Below are positions 1 through 45,964 of a DNA stretch of 64,000 nucleotides, one piece after another. A program made the position numbers and the translations under genes. The stretch comes from Vicugna vicugna. Lineage: Eukaryota. The stretch is from contig MU058065.1 of the NCBI GenBank assembly GCA_013265495.1, positions 8,969,819 through 9,033,818 on the forward strand. The letters run 5' to 3'. The notes beneath the pieces are model-generated. The model was not told the origin of the DNA. It saw nothing but the letters and a program-made list of their open reading frames with translations, and ran no database searches. The number at the start of each line of letters is the position of its first letter. The stretch's first letter is position 1.

Positions 1-99
1 GAGAATATTCATTTAGTCAACACATTTTTTAATTGAAATATAATTGACATACAACGCTGTGTAAGTTTAAGGTGTACTGTGTGTTGATTTGAGTCAACC

Positions 100-720
100 C
101 ATTTTAATGAGTACATATTATGTGCGGTGGACACTGGGTAATAGTGGGGAAGAGAAAAGACAAGGTCACTGCCTACATGGGCCTTGTGTTTAGTTGAGGA
201 GACAAGACATGTGTGTGTGTGTTTATGTCAGATAATGATAAGTCCTCTGAAGGAAAGAAGCGAGGCAAAGGATAAGGACTGATGAAAACGAGGGCAGTGT
301 TTCAGAGTCCTTGGGATAACATTTGAGTAGAGACCTGAATGAAGTGAGGAAGGGAGCCTCCTCAGGACCTGGGGAGAGAGCATCCTGGGCTGTAGCACCA
401 GGACCAGCAGGAAGGCCGCCGGCTGGAGGGCGCTGCAGGGGGTGGGGCAGTAGGGAATGAGCCGCACAGTGTGACCACTTAGTGTCCTGAAAGCTGTGGT
501 ACAGAGTTTGGATTTTATTCTGGGTTTGACAGAAAGTTGCCACAATCTGTCTTTTTAAAAGATCCCTGCGGAGTTGAACAGGTGGAACAGCTAGGCAGCT
601 GCTGCAGGCCTCCAGGAGAGATAAGGTGCTGGCTCAGAGCCTAGGGTAATAATAATGGAGGTGGTGAGAAGTGGTGGAATTCCGTATGTATTTTGGAATA
701 AATTTGGAGCAAATTTGTTT
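100..720. mobile_element. L2 LINE remnant
   Basis: Purine-rich L2-like motifs such as acatttgagtagagacctgaatgaagtgagga and ggaggtggtgagaagtgg. Confidence 0.55.
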
Positions 721-2133
721 GAGCTTGATGAGGGTCGTGTGAAATAGAAATAGGAATCCTTATCCCCACGGTCTATGTGGTGGCTTTGTGTGAATTAGAA
801 AAAGCTACTTCTGCCTCTTGGTGTTTGTGTGAAGAAGGCTCCTTTCTTCCCATAGATGTACCTGGGCACTGGGCACCACAGCTGGGTGAGGGGAGCAGGG
901 GCTGGGTACCCCCTAATTGGCTGGGCATCCTTGCGGGGAGCTCAGACCTAGGTGATGACTGTTTTTGGCCTGAGCTACTGGGTAATTTGTAGTGTCATCC
1001 CAAAATGAGGGACACTGTAAGAGGAGCTAAGTTGGGGTGAGAGATGGTGGTGGAAATCAAGTTTATTTTGAACAAAAGGCTGAGATGCCTATTAAACATC
1101 CCAGAGGAAATGTCAAGTAAGCGGATGGATATGGATTTTTGGAGGCTGGGTGGGTAGCCATCAGAGCTGCAGAGAGGTTTGCTGTTTTTGAGTTTGGAAT
1201 GAAAATATGACAAGTAAATCGAATTAAGGCTTAGGAATAAAGATTTTAAATGTAGATTGGGAAGTCATTCTGCCCAAAGGAATGTATGAAACCTTTGAGG
1301 GAAATTATGTTGAAAAACAAGACGGATGGAGACTGCCTCTGGAGTATTATCAGGCAGTGGAAAGTGGGAAGTGACTCTGCAAAGCAGCTAATAGGAGGAA
1401 GCTCCTGGTAATCAGCATCATTGGAGACAAGGAATGAGAGGGTGGGGCATCTTGGAGAGGTCAGAAAGGTTCAGGGCTTAGGAAGGCTCCTGGAGCTTTT
1501 GAGAGTACTATTAAGAGCTAATAGTGGGTGTGAAGGTGATCTGCAGAGAATTAAAAATAGAAACTATTCTTAGAAAATATGGCCTAAAAGGGGGTAACAA
1601 TGGGGTTTTATTTATTGGTTTTTCAAAATAGGATGAAGTTGTGTCTGTATTAAGGCAGAGATAAGGGAACCAGTGAAGGAGGGAAACGTAGAAGGTGCTA
1701 GAAATAAAGGGGATAAAGGAGGGAGCAGGGCTAGGAGATCTGGAGGATATATGTTGGAGGAATAGGTAAAGAAGTGTCTCAGAAATGAGGAAGGATGGAT
1801 AATTTTTGCTTTCAGGTTTGGAGGGAAGGAAGAGATAATAGATATTTGAAGCTGGAATTTTGCATAAGAGAGGAAAGACAATCTGTTATCTTAGTAAAGC
1901 TGTGGTTAGGGTCATATGTTTTGGGGGTCTCCATTGGTATTATAGGCCTGAAGAAAGTGTGAAAGTAAATCAGTAAGAAAAAAATTGTCAAGCAGTAATG
2001 AGAGACCGGTTGGAAATACAGAAAATAATTTGTAATAGCCCATCAGTGTTTTTCTGTGGGCCCAAGAGCACAAGGGAATTGAGAATTCCAAATTGATCCA
2101 ATTAAAAAAGAAAGAAGTTTAGAGTACCTGGAA

Positions 2134-2331
2134 CAGTGGTTCATAACCCAGAAGAGTGTGTATCAAAATCACCTGGAGACTTTTTCAAAAGACTGTTTTC
2201 CCTAAAATGTATCGAACTGAGGTGTGGGAATAGGACAACTAGAAATGGGAAGACAGATGCCTGTGTAAACCTTTAGAACATTCTGGGTGATTCCATTAAG
2301 CTCTTTCCCCTCACCCCCATTGAGAAAACTG
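2134..2331. mobile_element. MER5-like hAT remnant
   Basis: cagtggttcataacc...tcaaaatcacctggag...ttgagaaaactg, with TIR-like ends. Confidence 0.5.
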
Positions 2332-3725
2332 TTCTGGACTCAGGGTTAGTAGGAGACTGACCACAGAGTGCAGGCTGGGTGGGCGTAGTAAAGAGTAGCT
2401 GGATGGGAAGCTAATGAACTGAAAGAGTTAAGAGGGGTTTGGGGATGATCTCAACAATATAGTTAAGTAGTAGTGAAATTTAGGGGGTGTGCTTAGCTGG
2501 ATAGGTTCCTGTACTGCAGAACTTTACAGGGCCATCCATGTGCTCATGAATTTTCAAGAAGGGGATTTAATATTTTAAGAAAATATCTGAACACGGAACC
2601 CCTTTTTTCAGTGGCACATTTGTGAACTAGTTTCTGCAGAACACATTTTGAAAATGCTGAATTAGGAGTTCAGCAGTGGTTAGTTCCAGTTCAACTTAAA
2701 AGTTCACAGGTTGTGGGGAAAATAAGCCATAGTGGAAAGGGGGAGTGTCCAGGTTAAGCCCCAGCTCCAGGAAGCACAGCTCCCAGGGCCGTGGCTTTGT
2801 TAGTGGATAGCTGGGTTACTTTCCATCCCTCCAAGTAAACTTCTGTTTTCTACCATTGAGTCCGATATCAGTTGAATCATCAATATGAATGTTTAAGTTG
2901 CAAAGATTGAGACAAAAGTGGTGATTTATTAGATATTGACAGTGTATGTTCAGTAGTTTGGTTTCTCAAAAACACAGTTGGATAGTCTTGATGAAAGCAG
3001 ACCAAAATCCAGTGGCCTTCAGGATAACTAGCCTTTTCCTTAAAAAGGACAAGAAAGTAGGTGCTGTCAAAAGAAGATACACTTTGAAGTCTTGGAGCAC
3101 TTAGTGGCAGTGACAGTATTTTGGGAGTTTACCACCTGTTGAGCCAAGGCACTGTCGCAGGCTCTGAGAATGCCCCCATTTGTACTGCCTGGCCGCTGAA
3201 CTGAAGTCTGCCTTTCCAGTGAAGTATAGTCCTGTTCTTAAGTTTGAGATGATTAATACTGAATGTTGTCTCTTAAGGTTTCCAAAGAAGCCAGTGATTG
3301 GTGATTGGTGAGGACAGTGATTGCTGGCAGGGATTAGACATTTATATAGCATGACTTAGTTTTTAATAATGCTGTGATGTGAATTGCATGAGTATACAAG
3401 TCAGCTCACAGCACGGCTCACATACTAAGTGAGGAAAGTTCCAAACAATTTTCAGTTGCCCCAACTATGTGTGTTTCACAGGTCACAAGTTTCCATTCTT
3501 TGGTGCCAATTGATACCATCATTCCATTCCTTCCCTCATGTATCCTTATTGTTGAATTTCCCCTCCTAATCCTCTATTTTGGTTACAGCAGTGAATTTAT
3601 GATAACTTTCTGTGTGTGAGCCAGCTGAAGTGTTTAAAGCACGTGGAAATCACTTACCGGTGACAAGTGTACATTCTGTGTATTTATTTTCCCCTGTGGA
3701 TGCCTGAACTTTCTTTTCTTCACAG

Positions 3726-3787
3726 GTTAAGTCAGTGATAAACCTTTTGTTTGCTGCATATACTGGAGATGTGTCTGCACTTCGAAG
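3726..3787 (+). CDS. GLS: GLS KGA exon 15 (62 bp)
   Basis: cacag|GTTAAG...CGAAG|gtatgt; [20 protein letters not shown](R). Confidence 0.96.
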
Positions 3788-6700
3788 GTATGTTTACAAA
3801 GTGTGTTAGCACATGGTTTAGATGTTTATGAAGTTGCTTCTGGGCAAAGGCCATTTTAGGGCTAAAACCTCACTTCCATTTCCCTCTAATAAAAATAGTC
3901 CAAACAAATTTATATTAAGTGGCCACTTTCAGTGCCTTAGTCTTGTTGTACAGTCTTTCCTTTTCCTCTGGAAACAACCTCCTATGAAAGCCCAGTCCTC
4001 TGTTTTCCCAAGCAGTAACTATTCAGCTAATCTGGCTAATTAGTGTTAGTGTTTTACTGGAATTTGGACAATGCCTTCTCAATCCCCATCTACCTGCCAC
4101 TCTCCATGTTTGGAGGTGAAGGGGGATGGGCAAATAGGGGCAATGGTGTTCTGTAGATACCAGGGTTGGGAAGGTCATGCAGTACTACTGTATGGTTAAC
4201 ATAGGTCTCTTCTATAGAGTTACAACTGAACTTTAAGCTGCAAAAATATCTATGCTTTATCTCCACCTTTGTTTTAAAGTTGATTAGTACTTGTATCAAC
4301 AGTACTGTATTATAAACATCAAAGTTGCTAAGAAACTAGCTCTTAGTTCTCATAACAAAAAATAAGAAATGATATTTATGTGACATGAGTGAGAGAGATG
4401 TTTGCTAACGCTGCAGTGGTAATCATCTTGCAATATATCAATATATCAAGCCAACACGTTGTACACTTTAAACTAACATGATGTCAGTTTTATCTCAATA
4501 AAAATGTGCACTTTAAAATGAAAAAAACTTGTAAACCGTAGACTGTAAAATGTGAAAGAATGAGTGTCTCAGTGAAAACATTCAATTTTAATATAGGTAT
4601 TAGTTTCTTGCCCTTCTGAGGTACAAACAGGGTATAGTTGTGCCACTACTCTTGAGTTTTGGACAATAATATAATGAAGCTTAATTCTATGAGAGATGGT
4701 GCATGTTTCCTCTTTCCCAGAAAGAGCAAAGCTAAGGAAGAGCAGTGAAGTGAAGTGGCATTTACTCAAGACACCTGTGTACTGGTTGAATAGGGTCTCT
4801 AGTTCCCAGTAGCTTGGTGAAGAATGGCACCTGTCTCACAGGACCTTAGGTTGAACCGATGGGGTAAATGTTGCAAGTGTGAATTAAGTTTATATAATGA
4901 ATAGCTATGCTTACAAATTTTCAGATTTGCTTTGTCAGCCATGGACATGGAACAGCGAGACTATGATTCTAGAACAGCTCTCCACGTGGCTGCTGCAGAG
5001 GGTAATATATGAACCACTCATCTATTGTTTTTTCAGACTTAATTTCTACTCAGTACTAAAATATGCTTGTTTTTGTTTTGGATGTAGGTCATGTTGAAGT
5101 TGTTAAATTTTTGCTGGAAGCCTGCAAAGTAAATCCTTTCCCCAAGGACAGGTGAGTGCTATGTTACTTTCTAACACAAGGCTAGAATATTTAACTCCAC
5201 TCTGTATATTGGAGACATTCTTAAACTTGCTGTGGTGCCTTATACAGGCAACAAACAAAACCTTGTTTCTGCTCGGTAGATCATTCTCTCTCCCGTATCC
5301 TATTTTCCAGGTTAGTCTGTCAGTCAACACACTGAATGAAGAAAACAATTCTTGGTGTATGGAAAGATGAAATGGGAATTTTGTCTTCATGGGGCTTTTG
5401 ACTACACAGAGTAGACAAGATAAACACTTATAGGACCATATTAAAAATGTGTAAGGAGATTACTGTTACAGAACTCTAAAATGAATATATTGGGGTTTGT
5501 TGAAATTCCTGTATTTGGAGTCAGTTTTAGAAAGCCTCATGGAAGCTGAATTTTAATCAGGACCCTGAGGGAGAGATGAGGGTGTGGCAGGAAGAGAAGG
5601 GCACTCTGTCTAGAGTGGGAAAAGTCTGCCTGGATACGTTCTGCTCCTTCCTCTCCCTCCTGGGCACATGACAAACTGACATTCATCCCGCAGTAAATGC
5701 TGCTTACGAGGTGGATGTTCGAGGGAGGAGTCAGAGTGCAGCTTCCATATGTACATACACTTGCACGTTACATAACTGGATGAGTCAGTGAGGCAGGAGA
5801 ATATAAAGGTTTAGAAGAATAGTAGAAAAAATACTTGATGGGAGAGGTTTAATATGTATGATTAGGAGTTTGAATTGGCTGTTTGAGGACTGTATTAAGT
5901 TTGGAGCAAGTTGATTATTCTCTAGCTATTAGATCTTTGTTCTCATGTTTTACTGTTTTTTAAATTAGAGGTTTGAGTGTTCTTAGCTCAGCTTGCAAGA
6001 AATGCAGAAAAGTTACAACATCACTGTCTGAAAATTATTAGCAATTTTTTAAGTGTAGCTACACTATGATTACCTAAAATCATGACCTTTATTGGCAATA
6101 TTTTAAAACCTCATGTTATGATGACAATCCCCTGTTTTACCCCCAAATGTAATACCCATACCAGCTCTTTCTAGAGCAAGAAACTGAAGAGAGTGATTCC
6201 TCCTTTCCCCTGGTGTCTGTAATCCCAAGTAAAATACTATTTAACATAGGCTCAAAATATCTACTGTGCCTTGCATGTTTAAGGATCAAAATATCTTGTT
6301 TTGGTTTTGCCCTGAATTGGCCTCCAGGAGGGTAGAAGTAGAAGTACCCATCTGAGAGGCAAAAGTTAGCTCAGTAACTAACTTGAATGTAAGCTAGACC
6401 AAGACATCTCTTTTCTCTAATTCGTAGAATCATTGTTACCTCAAACTGAAAAAGAGGCTTGAGCAAATTTAGTATATTCTTTAGAGTTGATATTTTGCAT
6501 TATTTCATGGAAAAGTTGTTTAAAAAAAGAAAGTAACTTGCAGTTAACATTCAGTTTTCCAGGAAGACAGATAATTATATGCTGTAGATGAATGAAAAGT
6601 CCCCCCACCTCCTGGTTTCAGGCCACCAACTCCCTAACTTAATGAAGGCCAGTATAGAAGTAAAAGGCAACTTTAAAAAATTCAGCTGTTTTTCGAGAAG

Positions 6701-7920
6701 CACAAAGATGCATGTAATATGTTACTTACCTGATTTTAAAAATTGAGAACTGGTTACCAAACTTAATTCAACAATATTTTTCAAGTGAGACTATTTTAAA
6801 AAGACCTTTCAGTTCCCCATCATCACCCCATTGAGAAGGTAAAAAGTTAAGGACAAAGTTGGAAAGAAAAGAAGAAATGGAAAGGAGGAGAACCTGCAGC
6901 TGGTGATCGTGGCATGTGAAAAAATGGAGTCAGGGAGCCTGGTGGCTATGAAGTTAAGTGACATAAGTAGAGAGAGGACGTGATGAGAAGCTTAATAGCT
7001 TGTGACATACTAGAGAACTCATAGACTTACTAGGTCATTCACTTGGGTTCTGAGTTACACAGTGCTGTCTCCTCTTTCAAGAGGCTAATTAGTTGACTAA
7101 CCACTGTTGGAAACTCTGTTTCTTCTTACCTTCAGTCTTCATCTGTATGACTCTAAAAAGCACAGCCCAGAAGCACACTGCCTCATAGTCTTCTGGTTGT
7201 GCAGTGGTCTGCCTGACCACGGAGTCCAGTCCTTCCCAGAGAGGAGGAAAATGTCACTTCCCCTGGGGCCCGTTTTGCTCGTCCAATGTATATCTGAGCC
7301 TAATGAGATCCTGCTCATTTCCAGGCTTGTGAGATTTATTGTGCTTCTGCACCAACAGGAACACAAATTTTCTATTAAAGGCTAGGGTGATGGATGTTAT
7401 AGAGCTGAATTTTCTTTAAACATTTTACTTAAAGAGAGATCCTTTGGGCTTTTCATGAAGTTAAAATTCAGGAATACTCGAGGACTCTATCCTATCTGTC
7501 AACACTAGGACTTTCCCTTCATAAGCACTTACATAATGTGAACAGGATCCTTTTCTAGAAGAAAGGGTTCCCTTCCTCCTCATATCCCAAGTTGTCTCCG
7601 AAGACCACTTTTTGGATTATAAATCCCTTTCTGCATTTCTTCAATATTAAGCAGCTAAATCTGAATGGCCCTTTAACCTGCATTTAAAACCTAAGAATGC
7701 TGGATTATCACCTTTGTACAGAAATTACCTAATGACGCAGTCCATGCTATGCTACTTGCTTAGGTGGAATAACACTCCCATGGATGAAGCGCTGCACTTT
7801 GGCCACCATGACGTATTTAAAATCCTGCAGGAATACCAAGTTCAGTACACGCCTCAAGGAGATTCCGACAATGGAAAGGAAAATCAAACCGTCCATAAGA
7901 ATCTTGATGGATTGCTATAA
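3726..7920 (+). CDS. GLS: Glutaminase kidney isoform (KGA), 3' partial, join(3726..3787,4925..5001,5088..5151,7764..7920)
   Basis: Four AG/GT-bounded exons splice in frame to [119 protein letters not shown], the ankyrin-repeat C-terminus of GLS KGA. Confidence 0.98.
4340..4525 (+). mobile_element. L1 (L1MA/MB-type) 3' end fragment
   Basis: gtggtaatcatcttgcaatatat...acgttgtacactttaaact...tatctcaataaaa. Confidence 0.65.
4925..5001 (+). CDS. GLS: GLS KGA exon 16 (77 bp)
   Basis: ttcag|ATTTGC...GCAGAGG|gtaata; [25 protein letters not shown](G). Confidence 0.96.
5088..5151 (+). CDS. GLS: GLS KGA exon 17 (64 bp)
   Basis: tgtag|GTCATG...GGACAG|gtgagt; [20 protein letters not shown](R). Confidence 0.96.
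7764..7920 (+). CDS. GLS: GLS KGA terminal exon, coding part (157 bp), with KEN box at 7876-7884
   Basis: cttag|GTGGAAT...[25 protein letters not shown]...[15 protein letters not shown]. Confidence 0.97.
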
Positions 7921-8120
7921 TGGTCGTAAGCCCAAGATTTAAATCACTTACCTATTTAATTGTGGAAAATGATTACGAAGAACATGTGTATTTCTATCTG
8001 GTAGTGATAATATATTTACAACATTTGTCATTTCAGTGTTACTGGAGTTTTCTTCATTATGTGCACAGGACAAATCTGATCTCTTTGGGAAAAAATAGAA
8101 ATAAAACAATCTCCCTCCAT

Positions 8121-8127
8121 AATGTGA
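8121..8127 (+). promoter_or_regulatory. miR-23a/b seed match (AATGTGA) in GLS 3'UTR
   Basis: AATGTGA is complementary to the miR-23 seed UCACAUU; miR-23a/b repression of GLS is established. Confidence 0.6.
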
Positions 8128-10366
8128 GCAATATTTACCTCGTGCATTGTATAATTTGATGTAAAAGAAATAGTTACCAATGCTAGCTTAACTGTGTGGT
8201 CCTCATGATTTATTTTTGTCTATTTTGTGAATTTTCAACTTATGGTGATGATCTGCTGATATGCATTTATAAATTAAACTCTGTTGTACAGTCTGTCCAA
8301 ATGGGTCAAGGCTGCCTTTAGAAGCAAAATAGTGTGATTTTCATGACTTCAAATACAGATTTAGTTTAAATGTTTGAACAACTATATGCACTTAACGGTT
8401 ATGTGTATAAAATGTCTCCCATCATCCTAGCTTCATGATGTGACTCTAAAAATTATAATAGTTAACAACTGTTAGTAGATTGACCAATTCTGATTAGACT
8501 TTATCAGGGAATCTGTTTAAGATATGTTTGGTGACCAAAACATGTGTGAATGTAGTTATAATACTTTTGAAAACATTTCCTTTTTCTATATCCCCTTAGC
8601 CCAACCTCTCTTCCCAGACACTGAGCTATTTGCCTCTTTCCTTTCGCTGGGAAGTGGGTGCTGGCAGTCTATGCAGTTTTCACGTTTTCCATGACAAATC
8701 AGAAAATGCCTCATGTATCTGGCATCCTAGCTGTAACTATGCCATGTGTCTACAGAAGATGAACCAGAGACAGATTATTAAGTACAAATTAGTCAAATTC
8801 ATCAGCCAGTAAAAAAGAAGGGATGTGCTACTGCAGCTCTTTAAGAAGACATTTTTCAGCTTTCAGGATAAAGAGAAATTCAGAAGTGCTCCAAGCAACC
8901 AAAGTTACTATGAAGGTATGGGAACTGCTACAAATAGCATTTGTTTTTAAACCTGTCATTAAAAGTCTGCATCAAGATATTTGTTCACTAGATGACCCAG
9001 TCAGTTTTCTTTTGATTCTCTACTGTTTATTTTTGGTGGACTTTACAGTTTAATAATAAGGAAAGGCCATTTCATTTTAAATCAAGACCCATCATTTGTC
9101 TTGGGGAAGGAACTGCACATAAACTTTATTCTATCAACCTCCAAGGTACAGGGGTGAATGAGGGTTTCTGGTATTAAGCACACACACAAACACATACAAA
9201 TGGACTTCTTTGAAGCTGTGTTTAGTGAAACGAGCAGAATCCTCTACTACATGAATGCTGGTTGTTACATTAATATAGACCTTTTTTTTCCCCCCTTTTC
9301 TATTGGCACACACTGCTGCTTCCAAGCTTTATCATGCCTAATAGCCCTTTCCCACTCTAACAGCCTCCAAGTGTCTTGATTATTGCTTCTGGTCTCAATC
9401 AGTGGCTTCAGCCACCACCCTCTTATTACCTGGCTGGCGCCTCCTTTGGTGGAACCACAGCGTTCCTTAACTGAGCTGCATCAGGCACGAAGCCATTCCC
9501 GTGTGTGTGCTTCTGTGGGGAATGTGGTGGGTGGGATCTAACAAGCCATGCAGACAGGTAGTGTTTGTGAAATCCTGCAGAGGAACAGCGTTCTCTCCAA
9601 AGATATTATGGGATAGACATTCTCTGACTGAAATCAATGAAAGTAACTGCTCAAACAGCAGCTTGTTTGGTGTGATTTAAAGGAAACATTAAGATGGTTC
9701 AATTATGTGGCTTGAAGATTACCAATGATTTTGAGGCTTTTCTCTAATTAAAAGAGGTTTTTAACTATTATTTGGGAACAAAGAGTTTCATCTTTTCTCA
9801 GATTAAAACTATTTTGTGAAATCTTTGTGGTTTAGTTAAATGTGCCCTTATTTACTCATGAGGTTACTTATCACTGTACACTGGTTCCTGCTCTGGCTGT
9901 TTGCTGTTGATTTAAATGCTTTTAACTATGCTGTTAACTGCCGTCATCAATATACTCCAAAGATCTTTTTGTTTTGCCTTTAGGATCATATGTGCTTTTT
10001 CTGTATCATGAGAACTCTACACAGTGTGTTTATTTAAAGCTTTGTATACACTGTTGTTTTTGCTGGCCTCATTTCTAATGACCTCGTCTCTGAGTGTATT
10101 GTGCTGTAACCCACTGCTGCCCCACACTGCCCTTTAGCTGCAGAGCTGGATAAGCTATCGACCATTTGATGCTGTTGTCTGCCTGGCAGGGACTGAATGA
10201 CCTGATGCTGGATTTAGATTCTTCCTGGGGATTGTACAGCTATGAATGTATTTGCTTCCAGAACCTCCCAAAGTGAATCTAATCTTAAAATTATAAGTTG
10301 TAAGTATTCTGAAATTGGAAAATATTTATTTTAAATGAAATTAGGTAGTGTTGCTTTTTACAGCTT

Positions 10367-10372
10367 AATAAA
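10367..10372 (+). terminator. GLS polyadenylation signal AATAAA
   Basis: cagcttAATAAAtacatgtatc, ~2.45 kb after the stop codon. Confidence 0.7.
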
Positions 10373-11049
10373 TACATGTATCAAGAAAAAAGACCTGTGA
10401 AAAATGAATTTTTTTAAACAACTAAGGTTTTCTCTTACATCACTGGGTTGGGAGCTCCATTGAGCACAGGAACTACGTCTAGGCGTTTCTGATGCCTACT
10501 GTGGGCCAGGTACCACTACACAAGGTGTCCAGTGGGACACAGTGATTAAGATGAGACTCACGGCTTTCTAGCTTACAACATTCAGAGAAAAAACGGCAGC
10601 TTTTTGTTGTGGGTGCGTAATTTCTTAGTAATATCTCACCTCCTCAATGAGGTGGGGATTTTAGACGCTGCTGTGGAGACAAGATAGAGTCCCATTTTAC
10701 ATGTATTTTAAAATTAAAACCTTGTATTAGCAGTACTGAAATTCACTTAAAATAAATGCCAGATTATTTCTGCATTTGGAGGCAGCTGTGGTCACCAAGA
10801 CCAAAGGACTTTTGCTCATTTGCTTTTCATGGTACTCAGTATAGATTGTTCCAACAATGTTTCCTCTATGAGCTCTTCCACTGACTTATCTTAATCTGGG
10901 TAAGAAAGGGCAACACTTAGGAAAATGGCATTAATCTTATTTAAAAATATGGACTGATGTATTTTTATGTTTAATCATAAGAAAAGATGAGAAAAACATC
11001 AAACCTACACATAATGCGAGTAACTTTTAAAATCTTTACACCAAAATAT

Positions 11050-12771
11050 TATTTATAAGAGACTATACTTTTTAAAAAGTAAACAAAGTTCTCTTGGCTG
11101 TTGTAATAAAATAAAACTATGTCAAAGCATTCTTAGAGAGCAAAGATACACCAAATAGTTAAATATTAGCAATCGGAAACAATTTTTCTAACTGTTGTCT
11201 TGTTCCTTCATTATTTCAAACTTAAAAAATCAACTCAAACCCAGGGAGGTTCAAGTCAATCATCTTATGTAAAAACTGAGAGGAGGATTTAATTTGTGTT
11301 TAGTACCAAGGAAAGTACCATGTGCATATTATATTTAATGTAATACATATACTTTAACTTTAATTTTAAAATAGACTTCAAGAAAACTTTATCCCTACCA
11401 GAAAAATACAGTATTTACACAGTATGACTGTGGTGGTGACAGCAGAAAAATAAGATGCAGCTGCAGATAGCAGTCTGAGAAAATTATCTAGAAGAACCCT
11501 GTCAAACGCACCCCCTAAATGCCTTTTTTATGTCCGCACTAATGAAGGGAGGAGGGAAGTAACACAACACACTTCACAAACAACATCCAGTCCAAAAAAG
11601 GGTCTAGAAAAAGCACAAGAGAGAAAAAGCACAGTGGAACCATTTGCAGTGTATTTGTGAGAGAAACACATTTATCAGTGAAAAATATGCAATTCTTAAC
11701 ATGGTTACATAGGATGAGTTTTCAAACTATTTGATTCTCATAATTTCTGGTTTTAATGATTTGTCAGTTACTCTTTTTTCTCCTCAACTTGACAGTTTTA
11801 TGACTAAGACTAAATACCAGTGAATAACAATAAAGTGAACCCATTTAAAAAACATGCATTAAATTTCTGAGTCTGTCTATATCTATGATTAATTTCAACT
11901 TTTTGAAAAATAACAGGATTTGCCTTCAAAGAGCTCTTACTAATCTGGCTCCCTTGACAGAACTGTGGAGACAATCTCATTTACTAGTGACCACTGATGA
12001 AGGCAGAATACATTCACCTTTGGATATTAAAGTTTAAACGGAAAACACTACTCATGAATTAAGAAAGTTTACTTCGTTCTATTGATATTAGCCAGCATCA
12101 AAAAGCCATAACAGACAGAAAAGCTAACTCTCCCAAGAGTGAGAATTTGTCTTCTGCTTCCAATGGCCAGTGTGGAAGACACAATAAAATAAAGAATGCA
12201 ACTCCTATCCCCTGCCCAGATACAGGATGGCTACCTTTGATAAAGAAGGGATATAATTCTATATAAGCTTAACTTTGTACTATTTCATAGGTAAACCCCT
12301 GGAAAACTTCCAGCCATATTTAAAGCAGAGAGAACAAATAAGAATTCTCCAGAACAGAAATACTCCAATCCTGCATCTAGAAGTTGCCTACATAACCGTA
12401 TGACCACCACCTGGAACAACTGGGCACTGACTCTGTGGCATTTGCTGGATGCTGCAAAACTTCTCACCTTTCCCAGAGGACTCTCACTCTATCCTGGTGT
12501 TTCTGGTGTATCTGGATGTTTTTCATTTGTAAAACCCACTCTGTGGAGAGGGCCTCTCAATTTTACCTTCAAAAAGATGCATGAAGCCCTTCAGGGTAAC
12601 AGATGTTTCTGAATTAGGGAAAAATCCATTTGCTAACAACAGGTTGCAGCGAATTTGTTGGCCTTTCTTTCATTTCCCTAGAAATACAGGATGTGAAGGA
12701 ACAGAGTAGCAGGAGGGAATCACAGGTGGGAAGGAAAAATGTCGCCAGAGAAGATGAGAAAAGTTCATGCT
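11050..12771 (-). other. STAT1: STAT1-alpha 3'UTR (3' end uncertain)
   Basis: Follows the TAG at 12772-12774. Only variant poly(A) hexamers (ATTAAA, TATAAA) were seen, so the end is approximate. Confidence 0.55.

Positions 12772-45964
<33,193 letters not shown>

Larger units (their letters stand above)
7921..10390 (+). other. GLS: GLS KGA 3'UTR (3' end approximate)
   Basis: AT-rich sequence without obvious interspersed repeats, running from the stop codon to an AATAAA at 10367-10372. Confidence 0.75.
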
